Source of the DNA: Thalia democratica
Taxonomy: Eukaryota
DNA length: 64,000 nucleotides
Direction: 5' to 3'
Assembly (NCBI GenBank): GCA_965202585.1
Contig: OZ241827.1
Coordinates: 36,518,001 to 36,582,000, forward strand
In this document: positions 58,801-64,000 of the stretch, one piece after another
How the letters are laid out: each line of letters starts with the position of its first letter
Numbering within the stretch: the stretch's first letter is position 1
Translations under genes and position numbers: made by a program
Notes under the pieces: model-generated
Database searches by the model: none
What the model was told of the DNA's origin: nothing
The model's input: only the letters and a program-made list of their open reading frames with translations

Positions 58801-60259
58801 GGTTGATTCACCACTCAAGCTTGTTGCATATGTCCTTTTTATACAATAAACGATCAAAAATCTGTCACTGGCTAGGGTAGAGTTAAGGTCAGGGTTAGGG
58901 TCTGAGTTAGGGTTAGCGTCAAAGTTAGGGTCAGAGCTAAGGTTATAGTTATGATTAAGGTCAAGATGAATACGTGCAAAAGTGACTTCTTGAGCAAAAG
59001 CAACTGCTTGTGCAAATGTGACACTAACCTCTTATAAATATCTAAATCTAACTAATACACAAAATATCTTGTACATGATAGGTATTTCTGTCTAATCTAA
59101 ATTTCATTATTTTACGTGGAATTTTAAAAATTATTCAAATTATTCAAAATTTTCTGCACTTATGGTTATTTTTGTTCAAAATTTCTGCTTTTTCCAGGTA
59201 TTTTTAGGTTTCCAGGTTTTATGGCAACTTTGTATAATACTAAACAAAAGTTTAACTTTTTACAGCTTTATGTTTCAAAACTGTTAAATTTTCAAAAACT
59301 GTAAATAATGTTTTAAATAAATTTAAGCTATTACATGTATTTCTAATTGATTTATTACTAAAACTTTTATTTTCTTAATTGCATGAAAGCAAGTATAGTA
59401 AATACAAAAACAAATCTAAAGTGATAGTTTACCTGCTTGAATCTACAACAATATTGTTTATGTAAACTTTAGGTATAAAAACTTCAAGAAACAGTAGATT
59501 ATTGACAAAGGATAAAGGATACAACCAATAACTATTGTCTTCTGAAATTACGTTGTTAATTTATTTTTCATTTTTAACTAATTTTTCAAATTTAATTAAT
59601 AATAATAGTTCTTTTTTTACTGTACATTATACAGCATTGCTACTCTTTAAGTCAAAAAACTATTCTGAATGACTAAAAACTGTCCTGATTGACCTAAGCC
59701 ATGCTGAGCTTTTTAAAGTCCACAAAAAAAAAGATTTGCTTATGGTGCAAACACAATGTTATTTCTTAGAGTAGTGAAGAGCTAGCAGCGTGGCTAAAAT
59801 AAAACTAAATAAACATTTCAATTCAATTAAAATCAAGTTCTTGAACAAAATTGGTTAAATAAAATTATAAAATATTTAAATAGGATCAACTAAAACTGTC
59901 CAGATATTTTTTTCTTAAAACTTAGCTGAGTTTTTTATGAAAAAAAAACGCTGAGTCAGCCTGAGTTTAAAAAAAAACTCATAATATCTTAAGTTATCTG
60001 AGATATCCTAAAATTTCGAAAATTTTTAAAAATTTAGAGTAGTGGCAACCCTGATAATATTACAATTATCTACAATTACCTTCTAAAAACATTTTTTTAA
60101 TAATTTCATTATTTATTAACACTTAGAATTTACAAATTAACCTTGTATTAACGATATAGCAGATACTTCTATTTCAAACTTATTTTCATTTTGATTTGAG
60201 TTGGAATATAGCATTTGTATAACAGGTCTAAGTAAATCTTTCATTAACTGAGTTTGACA
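22950..60259 (-). CDS. CATSPERG: CatSper channel auxiliary subunit gamma-like protein (multi-exon; N-terminus and cytoplasmic tail unresolved)
   Basis: Exons (5'->3'): 60259-60142, 59541-59433, 56026-55867, 55541-55440, 55365-55176, 49797-49612, 49550-49440, 45908-45492, 45343-45165, 44624-44580, 44517-44306, 43515-43386, 43329-43221, 34978-34841, 31215-31038, 25349-25177, 24356-24226, 23087-22950; 2826 nt, phase-consistent. Colinear with recalled vertebrate CATSPERG motifs: FILDRF (IFLDKG), GGCPP (IGCPP), KGNYTIKIVGGG (GSYVLLVVGGG), EIEKFN (EIYRFN), NSLIWST (NSLIWTT), CKINSPC (CLENAPC), VSNSDVDSSTNC..FLIHVNGL (VSNRGVDTSTYC..FLLHIHGL), then one TM helix. Confidence 0.75.
23289..23994 (-). mobile_element. 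CAGGGTTGCCA-family deletion derivative with hAT-like transposase catalytic-domain remnant
   Basis: TIRs cagagttgcca / tggcaaccctg; minus-strand remnant FGL.PHF..FDE..QMD..YLSSKFLGHTTAEDL..ISIDEPN at about 23470-23790. Confidence 0.7.
24226..24356 (-). CDS. CATSPERG-like exon (TYHFLMEVSNSDVDSSTNC...LMFFYFL)
   Basis: Within ORF 24130-24342; ttattag acceptor, TTA|gttagt donor. Confidence 0.8.
25177..25349 (-). CDS. CATSPERG-like exon (KASNSLIWST...FICKINSPC...FTPD)
   Basis: attatcag acceptor, A|gttagt donor. Confidence 0.8.
26092..26430. mobile_element. CAGGGTTGCCA-family MITE (right end eroded)
   Basis: cagggttgcca at 26092; internal similarity to 31516-31864 and 62382-62766. Confidence 0.65.
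26500..27030 (+). mobile_element. Lineage-B PLE linker/GIY-YIG relic
   Basis: GIFKDV..NVIY..HCDSVY..TSRR..RDQH..SAIRDHL..LETLFIK with stops. Confidence 0.75.
27435..27942. mobile_element. MITE with TGCACGA subterminal repeats and internal GGGTAAGGGTTAG repeats
   Basis: Inverted tgcacga/tcgtgca arrays; related copies 36895-37020, 38466-38785, 43763-44285, 58860-59030. Confidence 0.65.
28107..28829. mobile_element. Kolobok-like MITE (TTAA TSD, GG...CC termini)
   Basis: ttaa|ggtcataag ... cctacgccc|ttaa; internal similarity to 32355 and 47166 elements. Confidence 0.55.
28980..29175 (+). mobile_element. Short lineage-B PLE relic
   Basis: LKLPYL..GSVRL..GIYRNVFPHKKKSNIIYKFSCH. Confidence 0.5.
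29361..29887. mobile_element. CAGGGTTGCCA-family MITE
   Basis: cagggttgcca ... gacaaccctg. Confidence 0.7.
31038..31215 (-). CDS. CATSPERG-like exon (DYLLFF...KGNYTIKIVGGG...EIEKFNYIPGK)
   Basis: Within ORF 31010-31207; ttcttcag acceptor, AG|gtggtt donor. Confidence 0.8.
31516..31864. mobile_element. CAGGGTTGCCA-family MITE with 6-bp TSD
   Basis: TIRs present; ATTAGT at 31510-31515 and 31865-31870. Confidence 0.85.
32355..33033. mobile_element. Kolobok-like MITE
   Basis: ttaa|gggcataggg ... ccctatgtcc|ttaa. Confidence 0.75.
33746..34688 (-). mobile_element. CAGGGTTGCCA-family deletion derivative with a probable transposase C-terminal remnant
   Basis: TSD TACTAA both sides; left end shared with the 23289 copy; minus-strand ADENDLNKMRQIVLTAKKIKRDADQIKETISSLDEEVE at about 34260-34380. 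Confidence 0.7.
34841..34978 (-). CDS. CATSPERG-like exon (GVEVDVKGGCPPSFRF...CACFQYNS)
   Basis: atatttcag acceptor; predicted non-canonical G|gctagt donor. Confidence 0.75.
35546..36695 (+). mobile_element. pogo/Tigger-type Tc1-mariner deletion derivative
   Basis: 25-bp TIRs cagtagactaccgcttaa(c/g)tacgca, TA at both flanks; ORF 35759-36124 begins TAKAIQNCFRKAG (end of a DDE_1 domain). Confidence 0.85.
38031..38228. mobile_element. hAT-like MITE with ggggttccgc repeats
   Basis: cagagttatcaatcctt ... aaggttcagaagcactg. Confidence 0.6.
38235..38440 (-). mobile_element. Lineage-B PLE GIY-YIG relic
   Basis: CDNSYISLTTRQLKKR..IPTW..RSSIFEHLVNN. Confidence 0.65.
39400..39745 (+). mobile_element. 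Lineage-B PLE RT-thumb relic
   Basis: ELSYLDVLVKR..RKDTFT..KTLCHRAH..NGYPPELV; homologous to the 57400-57750 segment. Confidence 0.75.
40843..40890 (+). repeat. (AAT)16 microsatellite in frame (poly-Asn)
   Basis: Direct count of 16 AAT units. Confidence 0.95.
42032..42085 (+). ncRNA. Degenerate hammerhead ribozyme in the PLE pLTR
   Basis: gact-CCGTAGA-t ctgttcttaaa ttta tttgagagcag t-GAAA-cgcc-GTT-agtc; two core substitutions, 11-bp stem II. Confidence 0.5.
42770..42900 (+). mobile_element. Lineage-B PLE GIY-YIG relic
   Basis: IPTCVDKLLRSSE..RKSSIAEHLV. Confidence 0.5.
43221..43329 (-). CDS. CATSPERG-like exon (ITFKGNKLPQRDPGNN...DVHL)
   Basis: tttttgtag acceptor, G|gtaagt donor. Confidence 0.75.
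43386..43515 (-). CDS. CATSPERG-like exon (LTVELKYLG...FGLNYY)
   Basis: aaatctag acceptor, TAT|gtaagt donor; 56-nt intron to the next exon. Confidence 0.75.
43763..44285. mobile_element. TGCACGA-repeat MITE, 20 bp from a CATSPERG-like donor site
   Basis: gggtagg ... cctgttccc, inverted gcacga arrays, internal ttacccc/taaccc repeats. Confidence 0.7.
44306..44517 (-). CDS. CATSPERG-like exon (LFNSTSY...MKRTFILDRFDTF)
   Basis: cttatag acceptor, GT|gtaagt donor. Confidence 0.75.
44580..44624 (-). CDS. CATSPERG-like small exon (NLDILIKSSSRRKLT)
   Basis: aatttag acceptor, ACC|gtattg donor, phase 0-0. Confidence 0.55.
45165..45343 (-). CDS. CATSPERG-like exon (TLLMNIEC...FTLNPPKLLD...VLSY)
   Basis: Within ORF 45156-45356; tttttatag acceptor, TAT|gtaagt donor. 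Confidence 0.75.
45492..45908 (-). CDS. CATSPERG-like large exon (TEIDVGIIVE...RNSYGSD)
   Basis: Within ORF 45487-45927; tttttatag acceptor, A|gttagt donor. Confidence 0.75.
46310..46634. mobile_element. CAGGGTTGCCA-family MITE variant
   Basis: caaggtggtca ... tggccaccttg; TSD ctttag/ttttag. Confidence 0.7.
47166..48198. mobile_element. Kolobok-like MITE with a nested CAGGG-family MITE (47756-48114)
   Basis: ttaa|ggccataggg ... cctatggcc|ttaa; inner cagggttacca ... tggcaaacctg. Confidence 0.75.
48470..49140 (+). mobile_element. Lineage-A PLE RT relic
   Basis: GAEKCKLVGL..RDDGLAIVE..NHP..IVYFTPQF..YSYMP, many lesions. Confidence 0.7.
49440..49550 (-). CDS. CATSPERG-like exon (NTEIVWELFIEFPIKIP...SWSQI)
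   Basis: acttttag acceptor, G|gtaaaa donor, phase 1-1. Confidence 0.65.
49612..49797 (-). CDS. CATSPERG-like exon (ENQEVSQLKF...RTCKIQDL...LIEIK)
   Basis: Within ORF 49607-49894; ctctctag acceptor, A|gttagt donor. Confidence 0.7.
50150..50191 (+). ncRNA. Minimal type I hammerhead ribozyme candidate
   Basis: tgtt-CTGATGA-agcgt gttaa acgttt-GAAA-ctag-GTA-aaca; intact core. Confidence 0.6.
50718..51363. repeat. ~650-bp fold-back palindrome of Kolobok-like MITE sequence
   Basis: 50718-51030 is the approximate reverse complement of 51040-51350; right end cctatgctc|ttaa. Confidence 0.8.
52493..52637. mobile_element. hAT/Charlie-like MITE with 8-bp TSD
   Basis: taggggtc ... gacccctg; TSD atttagtg/atttattg. 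Confidence 0.75.
52650..53520 (+). mobile_element. Degenerate Penelope-type RT + GIY-YIG relic
   Basis: YYRYVDE..LNKIHEDMKFT..LPCLDT..YRKP..EYTGESERQL..EH. Confidence 0.65.
53572..54291 (-). mobile_element. 3' fragment of a third PLE type (GIY-YIG C-terminus, 3' UTR, hammerhead relic) with inverted terminal copy
   Basis: ORF 53970-54185 DRAALKLHY..LESKWTNKLQAKIN..LP; 53572-53612 inverted at 54250-54291. Confidence 0.6.
55176..55365 (-). CDS. CATSPERG-like exon (DSVYFLE...FRNICINKIAKV...NNWF)
   Basis: acttctag acceptor, G|gtaagt donor. Confidence 0.75.
55440..55541 (-). CDS. CATSPERG-like exon (FVYFKVDIGACPVLC...LIVAK)
   Basis: cttgtatag acceptor, AAA|gtaagt donor. Confidence 0.75.
55867..56026 (-). 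CDS. CATSPERG-like exon (LLLQTQLY...MLYLSSDSFNT)
   Basis: ctaac branch-like motif then tatgcag acceptor, ACA|gtgaaa donor. Confidence 0.65.
56305..56890 (+). mobile_element. CR1/L2-like non-LTR retrotransposon RT relic
   Basis: SGVSQGGVIG..YIND..LFADN..LNPNKCK..LKWNEHI..PKLEY..EIESVQ. Confidence 0.75.
57050..58500 (+). mobile_element. 5'-truncated lineage-B (Penelope/Poseidon-type) element with a largely open RT-GIY-YIG frame
   Basis: ORF 56820-58037 carries GIAMGSPLGP, YYRYVDD, FLDV, VVYQFNCFCEASYVGMTSRQ..RIKEH; frameshifted EN end SAISEHL..KLEAICIL..LCKHK to about 58285. Confidence 0.9.
58872..58966 (+). repeat. Degenerate (TTAGGG)n-like hexamer array inside a TGCAC-type MITE
   Basis: About 16 six-base units such as tagggt/cagggt/taaggt. 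Confidence 0.7.
59433..59541 (-). CDS. CATSPERG-like exon (EDNSYWLYPLSF...VVDSS)
   Basis: aatttcag acceptor, AG|gtaaac donor. Confidence 0.65.
60142..60259 (-). CDS. CATSPERG-like exon (CQTQLMKDLLRPVIQMLY...SLIQ)
   Basis: attttcag acceptor, G|gttaat donor. Confidence 0.65.
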
Positions 60260-61147
60260 CTGAAAATTGTTTTATTTTCATAAGGCTTTATCTAAATAAA
60301 AATTAAAAATTAAAATTAAAAACATTTAAAATTTGAAAAAACAAGCAGGTAAAAGATTCAAACAAATAATAAAAAACTGACGTATTTAACATTCTAAATA
60401 GAGTCCTCATTCATTTAAAAACAAAAAATATTGTAATATAGACTCACCAATTTTTATCACTATACCTTGAAATTTACTTTTAAAGTTGTTTAGAGGTTAA
60501 AAGTGTCTGATAGCTAAGATAAAACTCTACAAAATAAGATAAACTTGTAAAAATCAAGATCAACCTCCTCCCTATGTCCTTAAGTCAAGTTTTTAAAAAT
60601 TAATTATTATCCATTGAAAGCCACTGTTAGGCGCAACAGCTGCTAAATAATTGTAAATGAACAACTAAAAATGTTCAGTTGGTTTGTTTCTAATACTTAG
60701 GGCAGTGTTTCTCAAAATATGCATTATTTATTCTTTAATATCATACATTATAAATTTTCACTAATTAAATATTATTGACAAATGGTCTGTCACTAAACAA
60801 AAAAAAAACTATTTTTTCTGTGTTTTTTTTTCTATTTTAAGTAGTACTTTTCCGTGTTCTTTAGTACGAACAATTATATTTCGAGTGTTTTAAATTAATT
60901 AAACTCAGTTTTATATCTGAAAACAGTTCACAACTTTTACAGGTAGCAAATACTTCATCAAAAACTATTAAAGTATTAAAAAATATAATTGTATTTTTTT
61001 AAGTTATTTATTACTATTTAGCAATTTAACCTACAAACTTATATTTAATTTATATTCAAAAAAAATTTAATAACTCATATTTAGGTATAAAATAAAGAAC
61101 TTAGATTATTCTAAACCATTTATTATAAAAAATTTTAAACTTCTTAC

Positions 61148-61240
61148 TTTTCCATACTTATCAGTTAATTGAATGCTAAAATAGATTTGCTTGTTTTGAT
61201 CAAAGAATTCTTCATCTAAGTACTTTTCTTTAATGAAGAC
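61148..61240 (-). CDS. Tentative upstream CATSPERG-like exon (VFIKEKYLDEEFF...DKYGK)
   Basis: tataaag acceptor, AAA|gtaaga donor, 31 open codons, phase-compatible with the 60259 exon; little recognisable homology. Confidence 0.4.
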
Positions 61241-61339
61241 CTTTATAAATTTATTTTTTTAGAAAAGTTTAAAATTTCATTATTTATTTTGTTTTTAAAA
61301 AGTACAAAGAAACTTGATAAATACATTTAGAACAATGAT

Positions 61340-62270
61340 AACTGCGCACTTTAAGAGGTACGCACCCTAAATAAGCAAGAAATATCAAAAATGGATGGAT
61401 TTAAAAACTTAATGACAAAACGAATATAGTTGATTAATAATAAGAAATGAAAAAATTATCTTGAGCTTACTCCCTTAAAACTAAAGAAGGGTCAGAATTT
61501 TACTGCCCTTCAAAAACTTAACTAGTCTTTCTAGTAGTTTTCTAATAACATGGCATGCTGAAAAATGAAATTGATTTTTAGATAAAAAAATATTCTATGT
61601 CACAACATAGTTCAATTCAAAAAACAACAGAGTGCTAACCAACACTCAGAGGATATTCCTAAAAATATTTTAACCCTCTGTTGCCACAAGAAGCTAGCGA
61701 CTGTCATGGTTTGGGCTGCAATGTCAAAAATTTTTAAACCTTTTTATGATTTTTGTTAAACAGAGTTTCTAAGTCAACACAATGATGTCTGTTGATTACA
61801 TTTTAGCCCCTGTACTGGGTGATATGAAGAAAAATGTAAAAATGAAGATTTAACATTGCCTGATAACTGTGATCCTGATCACACCTACAACAAAACCTAA
61901 GTTTAGTGCTGGGACAATTTTCCACAGTTTTGAAGCAAGGAAATGTGGCTTCCATAATTGACTGATCTCAATCTAATAAACTTCAGTGTTTAGTTATTTG
62001 GAAAATTAGGTGTTTCACTCACAACAAACGTCTGTTAAATCTTTGTAAATGGTTTCGGATAAAGCTTTAACCAAAAACCTGTAGAAAAAGTTAAAAGCAG
62101 TTGGGACTCTCAGGGTAAAATACCCAGTAATTGAAACTAAAGAAGCTAATATCAAAAAAAAAGACTATGTTAATGTTTTATGAGGCTTTATATAAAATAT
62201 GAAGCATACAATTTTCATTTTACTTTATTAGTTTAAAAATCATGGCATCTTATACATATTTTATACCCTG
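61340..62270 (+). mobile_element. Highly degenerate Tc1/mariner transposase relic
   Basis: HKKLATVMVWAAMSK..D.DPDHT..W.P..TDLN remnants at about 61680-62000. Confidence 0.5.
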
Positions 62271-62381
62271 GAAATATAATACTTGTATAAACGTAAGCAT
62301 TCATTTAGTAAGATTTATTTTATTGTTTTAGTTATTATAAAATTACCACTAGAGCTGAAAATATTTAAAACATGCAAGAGA

Positions 62382-62766
62382 CAGGGTTGCCAAATGTTTT
62401 TGGCAAATTTTCTTCAGGTTTTCGAGATTTTCTTCAGGTTTTAAAAAGTAAACATTTTTCGGTCTAAATCTAGGTAAGTTAGTTAAATCTAAGGTAAGAA
62501 ACTGTGTTAAAAAGTATAAAAACATTAAAAAGATGCTCTAACGCTAGTTTAAATGTGTTTTTTTTTTTTAAGTTTTGATGATGTCAATATTTTTTTTATC
62601 TATATAATAGATTTTTTAAGTCAAATCAAAATTTTACTACTGAACATGTTAATATTGTTGAAAATTCTAGATTTTTTTAGTGATTTTTGCTTGAAATTCC
62701 ATATTTTTTAGCCTAAATTGTCAAATTCCAGGTAATTCCAGGTTTAAAGTTTTTTTGGCAACCCTG
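62382..62766. mobile_element. CAGGGTTGCCA-family MITE with 6-bp TSD
   Basis: Perfect TIRs; AAGAGA at 62376-62381 and 62767-62772. Confidence 0.85.
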
Positions 62767-64000
62767 AAGAGAGTTAGATAATTAATCTACATGTATAAAA
62801 AAATTAAAATAGTTTTGGAACAAATTCCAAAAAAAATATATAATCATTTTTCTTTTTTTTTAAATCAAGTGGCAAGCTTTAGGGGTCAGTAAACCAAACA
62901 AATAACTTTTGCAAGCTTTAAACACAAATTGAAGCTTTTTAAAGTAATTTTAAACTTAAACTCCTTAGACTTACTATAATAGTTCTGAACTTATGTATAT
63001 ACATGGAGGAAAATTTTCAAATTACTTTATAATTGAAGCACAAAAGATAGTCTTGTAATTAATGTCTATATAACCTTTTTTGGAGTAATAAAAAAAGAAA
63101 TAACATAACCCCTACTTAGTCTCAAATAGGACTTAATTAACAAAATTGTTACACATTTAAGCTAAAAAAAATTCAAATCAATTATATTTTAATTAATAGT
63201 ATATATTTCTTATTTTTCAATAAGGAAAAAACTATACCAACATTACCAGATTTTAACAAAATAATAGAAGTTTTCCATTGAAACTCATTTCCAAAAGAAA
63301 CAGTCAATAAAAAAAAGATCAAAAAAGTTCTTTTGACAAACAAATTCATGTTTTTAAAAGAATCTGAAAACTGAAAATTAGTTTTTACAGTTATTTTAGG
63401 TTTTTCTTAAACTTAAGTTTACTTTTATAAGTTATCAAAAAATTTATATTGTGAATAGGCCTAGTTAACTTTTTTAAAGACTAATACAGCCTAGACACTA
63501 ATTTTTTATAAACTTCTTCAAGGTTTTTTTAAGAACAAGTATACTTTTTTTTTAGGAAAAAAAATAATTTAAGATATAAAAATTGTTTTGAATTATGCTA
63601 CTTTCTAAAAACAAATTTTATAATATTTTTTTGTAATAAAAACTATAATTAGTATTTAAATTTTTTGTTGCTTATTGTAGCGACTTTTTCTTATAGAATC
63701 TAAATATTCATCTTCTACATATAGAATTTAATCAAAGATTTAGATTTTTATAGATTTTTGTTAAATTTTGGGTTTTTTTCCTGGAATTTCCTAGTTTTAT
63801 AGAAATCCTGTATACAGATGTTTAAAACATTAGATAGCTAAACATGTTTGTAAGAAAAAATGTGAACCAAAAAACTTGTTGAAATATAACAACAACTGTT
63901 TAAAATGTATTTGATCTATTAAAACTGATGTAAGTTATTTTGTGCTAACTGGTAACACAACTTTAATGAGGTTTGAAAAAATTAGTTAAATAATTATGAT

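Noticed and set aside
58640-58840. Two small minus-strand candidate exons (RTYATSLSG..., LQCWTQSS...)
   Set aside because: Not needed for phase; exon 55867-56026 joins the 59433 exon directly with stronger signals

Overview
AT-rich eukaryotic genomic DNA with spliceosomal introns and a repeat set typical of a hydrozoan such as Hydra (inference from gene and repeat style). Three host genes can be read: the last exon of an ABCB/MDR-type ABC transporter (+, 491-582); a 9-exon LACTB-like serine beta-lactamase-fold gene (+, 5216-18488, 498 aa) whose catalytic SxxK serine is replaced by Asp; and a convergent, divergent CatSper-gamma-like gene (-, 18 phase-consistent exons from 60259 to 22950, 942 codons, both ends unresolved). 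Introns and intergenic DNA are filled with Penelope-like retroelements (PLEs) of at least two lineages, minimal hammerhead-ribozyme motifs, fold-back palindromes, hAT-like, Kolobok-like and pogo/Tc1 DNA-transposon derivatives, and a CR1/L2-like RT relic. The most unusual signals are the DxxK LACTB-like protein, a near full-length PLE rearranged with twin-priming geometry, fold-back junctions centred on hammerhead stem II, and an antisense bias of the best-preserved intronic hammerheads. All protein assignments come from manual translation and recalled family motifs, not from database searches.
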